Assembly: GCA_963693365.1 (NCBI GenBank)
Contig: CAVNZM010000015.1
Span: forward strand, 1,364,001 to 1,428,000
DNA length: 64,000 bases
Source of the DNA: Amoebidium appalachense
Lineage: Eukaryota > Protista > Ichthyosporea
Direction of reading: 5' to 3'
Shown here one piece after another: positions 1-14,216 of this stretch; within the stretch, counting starts at the first letter, position 1, and the number at the start of each line of letters is the position of its first letter. The notes under the pieces were generated by a model. That model was not told where the DNA came from. It did not search any database and saw nothing but the letters and a program-made list of their open reading frames with translations. The position numbers and the translations under genes are program-made.

Positions 1-441
1 CTAAGCCTTATGTCTCGTTTTATATATACTGACCGCCTCAACCATATTGCCAAATATGGCACTCGCAAGTGTATAACACCTAAATACATATTACCTTCCT
101 GTAGAACTGGTCTTTCTCTAGCTGATGGTATTATTGATCAATTACCACGCTTTTACTGTACACGTGCTATACAGTGGAGATCTAATAAGTATAAGGTGGC
201 ATCATTTGCATGCCCAAACAACACACACACACACCAGTTTAACCGGTCATGTATCGCCAAATGTAGTTTGATAGACCACATAATACCGCAACACACACAC
301 GTCACATTCACAACAGACACCCAGAAAGATAGCCTACCTGTAAATTACAACATCCTTGATTTTATACTAAACACGCGTAACTACGACCTGTTTATTAGAT
401 GTATTGATTGGCTTGAGAAACACATCACTACAAAATTATAG
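1..441 (+). mobile_element. Probable 3' end of a non-LTR retrotransposon (LINE) ORF2, truncated by the window edge
   Basis: Frame 1 is open from base 1 to TAG at 439-441 with no introns. It encodes 'RAIQWRSNK...CPNNTHTHQFNRSCIAKC...NILDFILN', resembling the C-terminal Cys/His knuckle region of LINE ORF2 proteins. The stop is followed immediately by an (AC)n tract. No RT domain is visible inside the window. Confidence 0.5.
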
Positions 442-445
442 CGCA

Positions 446-510
<65 letters not shown>

Positions 511-542
511 CCAGCTGATACCGAGTGTCCCGAGGGGAGCCC

Positions 543-593
<51 letters not shown>

Positions 594-1560
594 GGGGAAC
601 CCCAACTAATTGATTTCTCCTTGTAGTCTTTATGGTGTCTCGTAGAGAAAGTAAACCCTGATATATAGTCACCACCCGACATCTATGTACGTGATCATGA
701 TATACCGCTGAGGGGATATTCCGAGCAAAACCCCCCCCCCCATACCTGAGACTGGTTCTCTTTGCCTCGAGTAAACAGCGTAAACCCCCAGAAGAGTCTC
801 TAGATGGCCGTGTTCTGAGTCTCTAGATGGCCGTGGAGCAGAACGATCGATACCGGATACCGGGAGAAACCGGGTGCATAACTGTACTGTTGTCATGCCC
901 GGGTAGAGTTAAAAAACTGGGCCCTAGGTTGATAATATAAAAAGTCTACAAAAAGAACTTTTATAAAAATCGTTGGTGGAGAATATTATACAATAATACA
1001 GTGTAAAAGAATATATGACTATCCATGGCACTGCTGTGGATCATGCAGGCTACATGGACAGAAATCTTACACCCGGCTTTGGTATGCAGAATTTTAATGG
1101 GGCGGCATTCCAATGCGAGCAGTGTGACACCGAAAAAACGATTTTGGGAAAACAAGGTGCGTTTGTGGAGCGCCTTGCTAACCGGCACTCTGCTCGATGT
1201 TTTTTCGTGGTACTATCTAGATCTTTTAGCTGGTAAAGACACTTACACACTCACACATACAAATACACGCACGCCACACACGCAGACGGAAACATGCACA
1301 CGCACACACACACAAACGCACGTACATTTTTGTACACGCCCACACGAGCACGACACGTGACTATAGTATGCACATGCACACACAGGCACACACGCACGAA
1401 TGCACAGGCGCACGCAAAGACGCACACACACGCACACAGACGCAGAATAACTCACACACACATGCATACACGCACGCACGCGCACATGTACAAGCACTTA
1501 CACACAAGAATTCACATGCCTGCACAATGCATGCTCAGCACACATTCACGCACGGGCACA

Positions 1561-1604
<44 letters not shown>

Positions 1605-2756
1605 CACACACACAAAAACTGAACACACTCACACAAAGTCTGATGCAAACACACACAAGCACACACGCACACACGCGACGGTATACGAGCAGGGCTAGAC
1701 CCGTGTGCACAAACACACGGACACACCGTGCCACGCACACGCACATGCACATGGACAGCACACACACACGTACGCCTATCCGGATCAATGAAGTAGCACA
1801 GTAACTTATCATCAGAGAATACGGCATCACGAAGTTTGTCAAGGGAACTGAGGGAAACCGGAGAACAAGCAAACAAAGGCACTGAAAGATGTCATTTAGC
1901 TTAGCTCAGAGCTAATTAGGGGCACCCCACAGTGGCATAGATAAAACAAGGAAATTCAATTATATACACGGGTGATATTCTGCCTGTTTTGTGGAATTCG
2001 ACCACCATGGGTATGGAGCTTCGTGCATCTTGCATGCTGCGACGCGAGTGATTTCCATCAGCTGAATAACACAACTTGATTCATCCATGCTTCAGCTGCC
2101 ACTTGTATGGAGAGGGACAGTGGACTATGTGTTATAGGTGGAGGTCTTGAAAGGTGCAGCGGAAGGAAGAGGGGGTAGGTAGGGAGGTGCACGTAAGGTG
2201 CGTTCATTATAGCTGTTTGACATTTATTTTGTTTTTTACATCCATGTAACAGGCGTGGCTTTTCTTATGAAACTGCTATACTTTAAAGCAATTAAGTTGA
2301 GATTCTGATGTCGTAAATAATGTCAGCAATGTGACTGTTATTATGATGCACAGTCTGGCAACTTGAACGACGTGATAATAAAACTGCCTGCAATATGTTG
2401 CCGCGCATTTGCTTTGGTGATGGTGCAGGCCACCGTGATGTTAATGAAACTGCATGAAATGTGTGGGCCAGAAGCACTTTTCATATTCCGGGCCGTGCAC
2501 TCTTCTGTCCCTGCACAGGTTTTAAACTTTTGCCTCCACCTGGTAGGTGGGTCCACTCTTCTTCCCAACCGAGCAAATATTTGCATTTCCGCTAGTTCCC
2601 AACCCCCCCCCCCCCCCCCCCCCCAACCACCAGCACTTCCTGTTTCCCTGCAGAACATGAATATTAATGGAGATCAATAAAAATTGAATCGTGTATGCAA
2701 AGAAAACCAGAAAAGAAAAAAGGGAAGGGGAAAGTGGGGGGAGGGGGGGGGGGGGA

Positions 2757-2802
<46 letters not shown>

Positions 2803-2873
2803 GGGGGGGGAGGAAGGGGATCTAGTGAGACCACGCAAGCCCACCACCCAGTAGATGCACGCGACGACGCACG

Positions 2874-2904
<31 letters not shown>

Positions 2905-3017
2905 ATACACATACACACACACACACACCGTACACACACACACAGTCACACACACGCACACACACACACACGTGTAACACACATACACATGCACACACAG
3001 GCACTCAGCCACACACA

Positions 3018-3063
<46 letters not shown>

Positions 3064-3668
3064 TAGCCCGGCTCCTGCAGGGGTATTCCGTTCGGACTCC
3101 CCCCCCCCCCCCCCACCCACCCAGTCACCCACCCTCTTCATTCAACTACCGCTGTTACAAGGCAAATTCATACACACGGGAGCACGCGGTCATTGATCAA
3201 TATCAGCAAACATGCTTCTGCCTGGTCGAAGATAGGAATACATACGCCCCCGAACGGAGCTGAGCCTAGGACCATATGATGCTTATCCGCTTCGGAATCC
3301 CCCCTCCCCCCCCCCCCCCTCCCCACCCCGCACCCCTCACCCACCCCACCGGTCTACTCCCTCACCCTCCACCCCTTCCCCCCATCCTCCCTGTCCCCCC
3401 CTGCCCCCCCCCCCCCCCCCCTCCCCCGGGGCCCCATCCTCCCCCCGCCCCCCTTCCGCTCCTCCCCTCGAGGGTCATACGTGTATATTGGTGCAAACAC
3501 TGTACGTAGTGCCACGAACATTAGAAGCTCTCTGATCACTCCGGACCCCGCGCACACAGCTGCACGCAGTGCCACATGTGCATGCCACAAGATTCGGTCC
3601 GTATACACACCCACCTTACCCACTGGCTCCGAGAATGCTTTTTGCTTAAAACATAAATTCCTTGCATG

Positions 3669-3724
<56 letters not shown>

Positions 3725-4666
3725 ACACACACACACCACCACCACCACCACCCACCCACCCACCCACACACGCACACACCTACACGCCCACTTCAACTTT
3801 AACCTTTCGAATTCCCCTGCCACGTTCGACTGTGGCCTAGCTCAGCCGCCGTATGACCAAGTACACTCTGGCTATGAGTTGGCGCGTGATCAGTCGCTTC
3901 GGAAGGAGATTTTAACCAAACATTGCCACTTTTTTCCACCCTTAGTCTCCTCCTCCGAACATATACCCACAGGCATGTAGGCTGTCACAAGTGCTGACAT
4001 GTATCATACTGCTGGGTGGTGGTGATGGGTGGGTGGGTGGGGGGGGGGGGGGGAGAGGGGGAAATCAAACCGTTTCGCCTCACACACACAAACACGTACC
4101 CCAATACGCCAAGGCAAACTTCCGATATTTTTCCAATACGCTAAGGCAAACTTCCGATATTTTTCATTATATAGAGCACAGATTTCCCGAGTTCAGCTTT
4201 ATTTTTCTCAGTTTTATTTTTCATCGCATCAACGCGGGTTACTTCAAGCAATACTTATGTACACAAATAGGAAATTCCGGCATCGAGTCAACCTGCAGCA
4301 ACCTGTACTCGCAAGCCTGTGCCGTGGGAGAGCCTAAAAAATCGGAAACCCAAATCCAAAAACACCGGGAACCATCATTCAGCTGAAACGTCAATCATTA
4401 TGGCCTAGCAGGTAGTGCACGGGACAATATATCTCATTGAATTTCACTTCTGTCAAATCGCTATGTACATACATTTTGGCCTCATTCATATGAGAGAGGG
4501 CAAGGCTCGTGCATTAAAATTCATTTTGATATACTATATATATCTAGGCGCGGTCACCGCACCCCCCTTCCCCCCCCCCCCCCCTCATCCTCCTCCTCTC
4601 CCACCCTCACACAACACTACTTATAATTGTTCACCCCATACACCCACCCAAATCACTCACACCATC

Positions 4667-5278
4667 CTAAGATTTTCCAGCCGCTGATTGGCGCTCCGCC
4701 TGTGCGGCGGCTGGGGACTTATACTGAAGGTAGCTATCCCACGGGAGAGCGTTATCAGCGACCTTATCCGCCTTGTGTTGCGCAAGCGCATCCACAAACA
4801 TAACCGCACACTTGTTATTGTTGACGAGGGAAACACCGTGATCCACAGCCATACGACGGAGCCTGTACGCGTGGTCGTCGGCCGATTTCGCCTTACCGCT
4901 GGTCATGTCGATGCACATTTCGATTTCGGCCTTTGCAAGCTTGGACTTTAGGCTAGCCCAGCCGTTTGCGGTGGAAAGATCGAGGTGTTGGACATTTACG
5001 CCACTCAGATTGGCCTCGAGCGCAACCGATTCGTCACCGTAGATGGTGAATCCCTGGGCAGAGAGGGACTTGGCAACGTGTGCGAACTCGGCAGAGGAAG
5101 TGCGCTCATCCTTCATGAGGAGGAGGGTCTTCTTGGGCAGCCTGCAGAGGGGAGAGAAGTAATGATTAGTTCATGTGCATGGAGAGGGGGGTGCCTAGAT
5201 TTTGTGCATGGAGAGACCTAAAGTTCATTTTTCTGGCAGAAATGGATGTTGCAGACAGGCAAATGAGCATATGGGTTG

Positions 5279-5319
<41 letters not shown>

Positions 5320-5539
5320 GAAGGTGCAATTTCCCCCCCTTTATTTTGATTTCCTTTTCTTTTCTTTTTTTCTTTTTCTTTAGCTACAGGGCGAGTAGTG
5401 CTACAGGGCGAGTAGTGTACTTCTTTCTCTTCTTTCGTCTCTACTCTTACTCTAAGCTCCTACCCCTTGAATGGTGATTTTTGGATTTTTAGGGTGATTT
5501 TTGGATTTTTAGGTCATTATTTCTTGCAGAATATTTTGC

Positions 5540-5619
<80 letters not shown>

Positions 5620-5837
5620 CACATACTTAAAGCCGTGGATGGACTGCAGACCCTTCAGGTAGGCCTCGTGGGGGCTGGCACCGAAGCAGGCAACCTCACC
5701 AGTGGACGCCTAAATATGGAAATAAATGGTCAGTAAACGCCTAAAAATGGAAATGGAAATAAATGTCATCAACAACAAAAAAGCTCTTTTAGGTTGACAC
5801 CGGGAGACGATTGTGGGCAAGAAGCGACATTTTTGAG

Positions 5838-5889
<52 letters not shown>

Positions 5890-5890
5890 T

Positions 5891-5930
<40 letters not shown>

Positions 5931-8099
5931 GGGGAAGGGGGGGGGGGGGGGGGGGGGAGCACTCATCTGGCCAAATAGTCACAACCAAAAAAATAGTAAA
6001 TTTTTAAACTGGAATTGCGGATCCAATCAAACGGTCTAAATCTTTAAAGTGGAATTGCGGATCCAATCGATTTTGCGCTGCAACCACTTTCCGTTGCCCT
6101 CCTCTCAAAAAACGGCTTGATCGGATTAACGAAAATGGAAGGAGATCGGAATGCAGCCAAACCCAGTCCCGTGGCTGTGACTATTTTGCCCTATGGAAAG
6201 AAAGCGCAATGTGGGCATGTGTGTTGTGTGTGTATGTGTATTGGGGAGGGGGGGGAAGGTTGGCAAAAAAGATTAAATAAAGAACAGGAGACAAAACTCA
6301 CCATCTCCACGCCGAGCTTGGGATCAGCGCCGCCCAGACGTGTGAACGAGAACTGAGGCACCTTAACGCCATAGTACCCATACTCCTTGGACATGAGATC
6401 TTCGCTTACAGGCATGGCGGGGACCATTTCGTGCGAATACGACGCCGAAGGCTTCGAGACGATTGCTTCCGTGGCCAAATCGACAAAGTTGCGGCCCAGA
6501 ACCTTCGAGACGAAGGGGAAGGAACGGGAGGCGCGGAGATTGCATTCGATGACCTTGAGCGAATCGTCGGGGCAGTGGAGGACTTGCATGTTGAAGGGGC
6601 CGCTGATTTGGAGACCGGCGGCAACCTGCAAGATGGAGAAAAATCGTTAGGATGATTGAGAAAAATCGTTATTAGGATGATTAGTTGTGGTGTGTCACAG
6701 TCAAAATACGATTGGGGGTGGAACATGGTTATAAAATGCACATAAAGTTAAAAACCATTGTAGCTCTACCCAGATAAACCATGCCATGCCGTATATAAAT
6801 CTCTCCATCACTGCATAGTTGATTTATGGCTCTGACATTTAGACAAAACATAAACAGTGAAAAATAAAAAATGCCCCAATACTAGGCCTACTAACACACT
6901 CAAAACACACAACAAACCTATGCAGCACGCGGAATGAACACACACGCACACACACACATTCACCTTAGCAGTGATGTCCTTCAACCTCGCCATCGTATCC
7001 TTGGCCACCGACATAGGCGGGAGCACCAACGAAGCGTCGCCAGAGTGCACGCCAGCATTCTCAATATGTTCGCTCACCGCATGCACAATAACCTCTCCGT
7101 TCTTAGCAACAGCGTCAATATCGATTTCCTTAGCGGAATCGATGAATTTCGTGATCACGACGGGGTGCTCCGGGGAGACATCGGTAGCCATCTCGAGGTA
7201 GCGGTCGAGTTCGGGCTTGTTGTATGCAACATTCATGGCGGCACCAGAGAGCACGTACGAGGGACGGATGAGCACGGGGTAGCCGACTGTATGTGTGTGT
7301 GTGTGTGGAGGGGGGGAGGGGGGGCTGAAATTAGTATCTTGTGATTGCGTTGTATATCTCCTGTCATGTACACCCACACAACTTGCAACTATAGCTCTGA
7401 CTCACAATGTATGTGATTGCGTTGTATATATCCTGTCATGTACACCCACACAACTTGCAACTATAGCTCTGACTCACAATGTATATCACTTCATTCTATT
7501 TCGTTGTGATGGTGGTGGGTAGGTGGGGGCAGAGAGGGAACCGAGCCACACAAACGGGAAAAGGGGGAGAGGGGGAGGGGGAGGGGGGGGGGGGGGAAAC
7601 AAAAAACAATACAAACACGCAACAAAAGGTGAAGTGCACACACACCTTCCAGGCAGAACTCCTCGGCCTCCTTCACGCTCGTCAGCTCAGCCCACTGGGG
7701 CTGGTCCACGCCCAGATTGTCCAGCAGCTGAGAGAACTTGTACCTATTTTCTGCCATGTCCACCATGTGGGGGTGCGTACCGAGGATATTTGCGCCCTCG
7801 TCATAGAGTTTGTTGGTGATGTTCTGAGGTTGCTGCCCACCCATGGACGTAATTACCCCGTCGGCCTGCTCGCGCTCGTAAATGTCGAGAACGCGCTCAG
7901 CCGTGAGTTCTTCGAAGTAGAGGCGGTCGCACTGCGAGTGGGGATGGGTGGGTGAGTATTTTTGTTGTTGTGCTGGTGGTGGTAATGATAATAGGTGAAA
8001 GGGAGGGAGGGGAAAAGGAGGGGGGAGGGGGAGGGCTAGGTGGTTGCATTGAAAGGTGACGGTGCAAAGAGGAAGGAAACTTGCCTGAGAGCTGTGTGT

Positions 8100-8171
<72 letters not shown>

Positions 8172-9194
8172 GGAAGAGACAGAGATAGAGAGAGAGCCAC
8201 GTATCGAAATCGAGACAGTGTTTATCGAAATCGAGACAGTGTTTATCTACAAAACAAGGAGGAGGGGGAAGGCGGGAGAGCGTGCAGGGGGGGGGGGGGG
8301 GGGGTTTGCATTTTACCTCATCGTAGTCGGTCGAGACAGTCTCAGGGTTGTAATTGACCATGATCGTCTTCTTGCCCATGCGGCGGAGGGCACGGATCGT
8401 GCTGACACCGCACCAATCAAACTCCACAGAGCTGCCGATCCGATAGACACCCGATCCAAGAACCATGGTACCCCTATCCCCAAATTCGACGTCATCGTGC
8501 GTGGCATTGTAAGTTGTGTAGAGGTAGTTGGTCTCGGCGGGGAACTCTCCGGCAAGAGTATCGATCTGCTTGACATTTGGAATAATACCCGCTGCCTTTC
8601 GCTTGTGGCGGACGGCCATCTCCGACGATTCGATCAGTTCACCGATCCGTGCGTCGCTGAAGCCCATCTTCTTTGCCTGCTTTAGGATGTCGGCGGGGAT
8701 GGTCTCGAGAGTGAAATTCTTCACCTCCTTCTCCGTTTCGACAATGTTTCTCAGTTTGTTCAAGAACCACTTGTCGATCTTGGTCATGTTGTGCAACTTA
8801 TCCACGTCATACCCCTTGTTGAACATAGCGTCGGCGAGCGCAAACACGCGGCGATCAGTGGCGTTTTCGAGAATCGTATCCATGTCGCCGCCGTATTTGC
8901 GGGGGGCGAATCCGGCGTTTGCGGGGTCGACCATGCGTAGAGCCTTCTGGAAGGATTCCTCAAAAGTGCGGCCAATGGCCATAACCTCACCGACTGACTT
9001 CATGCAGCTGCCGATGTTGTTGGACACGTGCGCAAACTTGGAGAGATCCCAGCGGGGAACCTGTGAGGGGTTTTATGGGATTAGAATTTCTGTTTCTGCT
9101 TTCTGGCATTCTGCTATCAGTGAATGTGTGTGAATGAGGAAAACGGACAGGAAGGGGGAAGGTGTATGTGTTATGTGTTGTGTGTGGCGGTGGG

Positions 9195-9231
<37 letters not shown>

Positions 9232-9634
9232 AGAAAGGGTAAAGTCAAGACATGCAAAGGCACACACCTTGGTGACGATGTAATCCAGAGAAGGCTCGAA
9301 GCAGGCAGTTGTCTTGTGCGTGACCGAGTTCTTAATCTCGGGCAGAGTATATCCGAGCGCGAGCTTGGCGGCGACGAAGGCGAGAGGGTATCCGGTAGCC
9401 TTGGATGCGAGAGCAGAGGAACGAGAGAGACGTGCGTTCATCTCAATAACACAGTATTCGGAGGTCTCTGGGTTGAGTGCGTACTGCACGTTGCACTCAC
9501 CAACCACGCCCATCTTGCGGACAATGTTGATGGCGGCGGTGCGGAGCATGTGGTATTCCTGCGATTGGAAAAAAGGAATCAGAAATGATGAATGTGCTTG
9601 GGGTATTGGAGAATGAGTGGGGCGGTGTGTGTGT

Positions 9635-9682
<48 letters not shown>

Positions 9683-10313
9683 GGGGGGCGGGGGTAGAAA
9701 GTACAATGTCGTAGAGTGCAAGAAAAAGGGAGTAGCAAGGTAGTGAAGTCTGAAGATAACTAACGAGGAATGTGTGTTGGTGGGGGGGGGAGGGGGTGAG
9801 GGGGGTAACTCACATAATCGCTGATTGTCTGAGAGGGAGCAACGACAATCGAGTCACCGGTGTGGATACCAAGAGGGTCAAAATTCTCCATGTTGCACAC
9901 AGTGATGCAGTTGTCGTTTGCGTCACGGACCACCTCGTATTCCAGCTCCTTCCAGCCCTTCATGGAACGTTCCACGAGAATCTGCGGCACGAGGGAGAGA
10001 GATGTCGATGCCATCTGTTGGAGCTGTTCGGCGTTGTCGGCGAAACCGGAGCCGAGGCCGCCGAGGGCGTATGCGGAGCGGATAATGACGGGATAGCCGA
10101 TCTGGTCGGCAACCTTGAGAGCATCTTCAACGGTGGCTGTGATAGGAAAATGGGTGGTGTTAAACATGGGACATACAAAACAACGGGGGAGAGACTGTGC
10201 AATTGTAACCTTCTGAGCTTGCACAAAGTTTAGAGGGCAGCGAATGCGCGGGGGATGGGTGGGTGGGTGGGTGGGTGGGAGGATGCTATGTGGAGAGAAA
10301 GAAAAGGCGGGGG

Positions 10314-10360
<47 letters not shown>

Positions 10361-10956
10361 AAGAATACACACCAACAGCCTGACTGCGGGCAACAGGCTC
10401 ATTGATCTGACCGAGTGCAATCGCAAACAGATCGCGATCCTCCGACGTGATCAGAGTCTCGACGGGGGTACCGAGCACCTTAACGCCGTGCTTGTCGAAC
10501 TTTCCAGCAAGGTGCAGGCGCACACCAACATTAAGGGCAGTCTGACCACCGAAAGTGAGGAGAATACCATCGGGTTTCTCGCGAGCCATAATGTGCTCAA
10601 TGTACTGGGGGGTGAGGGGCAGGAAGTAGACCGTGTCGGCGAGGTCGGAGCCGGTTTGGATGGTGGCAATGTTGGGGTTGATCAGAACCGTGTCGACTCC
10701 CTCCTCCTGTAGAAACAAACGAAAAAAAGAGGGTTAGAGTGGAAGGGTAGATGGGTAGAAGAAAAGAAGGGAGATGGTTGTTACACCAGGGAGGTGAAGT
10801 TACCGGGCGAGGGGGGGGGGGGGGGGGGGGGGTTTGAATGCGTCAAAAAGTACGAAGTACACAAGAACAAACGGATAACACGATGCAGAATGCATACCAT
10901 ACATAAAGTATGCATAATAAGCAGAGCCCATCCTCAAGGGGGGAGGGGGTGGGGGT

Positions 10957-10987
<31 letters not shown>

Positions 10988-11682
10988 TCGATTAAGAAGT
11001 GTACACTGTCAACTCCACACTGGAGACGCCAAAAAGATGAAAATGAAGTGGTGAGCATCGTGTGCACATATGCTCACCTTGAGTGCCTTGATCGCCTGCG
11101 ATCCAGAGTAATCGAACTCTCCGGCCTGGCCGATCTGCAGGCCGCCCGATCCGAGCACGAGCACCTTCTGCACATCGCTCCTCTTCACCACCGACACCGG
11201 CTTGGCGGCGCCAGCATTCTTCTTCTTGTGCAAGTATGGGCGGGCCTCCTTCATCCAATCAAAAACGACCTTTGCCTTATGATCGCGCACGTCCTGCAGG
11301 AATTGAGCAAATAGGAAATCGGCATCGAGCGGGCCGCCCATAGCCTCCGGGTGGAACTGAACGGATGCAAAAGGTTTGCTCTCATGGAAAACACCCTCGT
11401 TTGTACCATCGTTCACGTTGCTGTAGTGTGTGTGCCAGCCGGCGGGGAGCTTAGTGTGGTCGACGGCAAAACCGTGGTTCTGTGACGTAATCATGCAGTG
11501 CTGGGTGAGGGGGTTGATGACCGGCTGGTTGTGGCCGCGGTTACCGAACTTCATCTTGTACGTGCTCATCTGTAGGGGGGAGGGGGGTTAGCGGTCCGTA
11601 CAGTGTAAGAAGGAAGTTTGTGTGCACCTGTGTGTGCATGTGTGTGCATGTGTGTAGATGTGTGTGTAGATGTGGGGAGTGC

Positions 11683-11716
<34 letters not shown>

Positions 11717-12900
11717 GCCTGTGTGTGTGCCTGACGAAAGCTTGGAATAAGAGAAGAGAAGAGAAGAGAGTAGAAGTATCGCCCCCGAGGATCCCAGAAC
11801 TATAGCCTAAAGTAAGAGTAGAGAAGAGACACGAGTGTAGAAGAAGGTGGGGCCCCTACCCTACTGGGGAGTTTCGATGAGATAATAGGTATCATCACTT
11901 AGCTCTCCACGAAATCCTCAAAGCTAACTTATCGGTAAATTTTAAGTATTACGTGAATGTTACGTGAATGTGAGAGTGGAGGAAGTGTGTATGGACACAT
12001 GCTACGGAGTGGCTAGAGCTAGGTAGGGGGCGGCGGCAGTTGGGGAGGAGGAGAGGGGAAAATAGTTAAGGTGGTCATATGCGGAATTAAGGGTAACATA
12101 CGCCAGCAGCCAGAGCCATGACCTGGTTGCCCATGCAGATGCCAAATATGGGCATGGGCTTGTCCTGCTCGAACATCTGCTTCACCTGCGCCACCAGCAA
12201 GGCAACCTTGGTCGGGTCACCCGGCCCGTTGGACAGGAACAGTGCATCGTAGTCGATCTCACCACGGGCCTTGGCACTGCAGAAAAATAAACGGAGAGAT
12301 ATTAGCACCCTCAGGAATAGAGTAGGCTTTGGTCTAGTTAAATTGCACCAAAATAAACGGAGAGATATTAGCACCCTCAGGAATAGAGTAGGCTTTGGTC
12401 TAGTTAAATTGCACCAAGCATAAACCATGAACAGCAGGAACAGCTTTAGAGGGCATATGTTACTGCCAAGCATATGTCGTTACTTTTACATATTGTGTAT
12501 GCCCCAAAAGCAGAACTTGAAACTTGAAGCATTCCTTTCTCCCATTTTTTGACACTCGTTCTCCGCGAACATTCCCATTTTGTGTAGTACCCCACAACCC
12601 CCCCCCCCCCCCCCCAAAAAAAAAAAAACGTAAAGCAACACGTACCCAATGAAGTCGTAGTTCCATGGCACAACGGTGACCTCGGCACCGTGTTTGCACA
12701 GTTGGCGGATAATGTTGTTCTTGATGCCACAGTCCACAGCCAAAATCTTCACATCACCACCACGGTTGTAAACGTCAATGGTGTTGCGAGACACCTGCAC
12801 GGGGAGGGGAGGGGAGGGGGGGAGAAGTGTGTGTTAGAAACCCATGTGGTACTTGTGTGTGGCCATTCAAAGGGTAGGTTGGTAGGGGGGGGGAGGGGGG

Positions 12901-12940
<40 letters not shown>

Positions 12941-14184
12941 ATGTTGTGCGGGTGTGATTTCATCTCGTGTATGCTGGGCACCTTCTACTGTCTCTAAATG
13001 GGTGTATGCGAGACGTGCATTGACATGCAGTGTTCCTAGGAGCAATCAAACAAGAACACTACCGCATATAAAAACCAAGTGTAACCTAAAAGCGTACCTC
13101 AGCAACAAGATTTCGCACAAACGGATTCGTCATCTCCACAGCCGGCTGATCGGGGAACTGGAGCCGGCCGGGCATGGTGCCCTCACCACGGCACACCTTC
13201 GTAAGCTCACGAGTGTCGACGCCCGTGATTGCGGGAATCCCCTGCTCTTTGCACCAATCACCGAGGGACTTTACTGCCGTCCAGTGGCTGTAAGCCTCGC
13301 TGTAATTGCTCACGACCAGACCCGAGATCTGAATTCTGTCCGACTCGAAGTATTTAGAAATTCCAAACTCGTCTACCTCCTTGATTGAGGGGACACCGTA
13401 ATTTCCGATCAACGGCTGCGTCAGAACGAGAATCTGACCCTTGTATGAAGGATCTGTCATACTCTCCGGATAGCCCCTGTAAAGAAAAATCACTATTAGA
13501 AAAAGTGGAAGAAACCATTTTCATGCTTTATACGTAGTTTTACCGTGTTGTAACCTATCATATATGGATCAATAACCACATCATGCTTCCAAAAAGCTTC
13601 TAAGGGGCGTGGGGGTAAAAGAAGCAACAATTTGCTCAATACGTGGTATCAACTGTTACTAGCTAAATGTCCCAACTTATGCTATATGAAACAAAAAACG
13701 ACACTATTATGCTTCTATCGAAGCTTCCGGTTGGTATGTGGGGAAAGGGGAGAACTTACACCATGGAGGTAGAGAACACGACCTCGCCAGATACGGACTT
13801 CTCAGCACCGAACGAGGTGCCCTCCATCTTAACCCCATCCTGGAGCTCAAGCACGAGCTTCTGCGGAACAAATGTGTCGATTTAGCACGGTGTGGTGTTC
13901 ATGTTTTGTGTACGATGCATTTCAGAGCGTCAATAATGTTAATGTGGGTTATGTGCCTAGTAGGCGTGGTTTTGCGTGTGTTGCGTATACGGTGCAGGAG
14001 GGCACGGGGGGAGGGGGGGGGAGGAGGAGGCATGATTGTGCACGTGTTGATGCTACTGTGGATAAAAGGCTATGCGGCAATCATGGCCTGATGGAAATAC
14101 GTGCTTGTGCTTGTTAAACAAATGTACTTGCATGCAGTGTAGTAACCACTAACGGTTGTGTATATTGTACGCTCAGTATATGGA

Positions 14185-14216
<32 letters not shown>

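Noticed and set aside
960-3990. Unique-sequence patches between microsatellites (e.g. 1015-1157, 1775-1850, 2340-2520, 3480-3620) that may be exons of another gene
   Set aside because: I could not build a phase-consistent chain or recognise a protein family on either strand.
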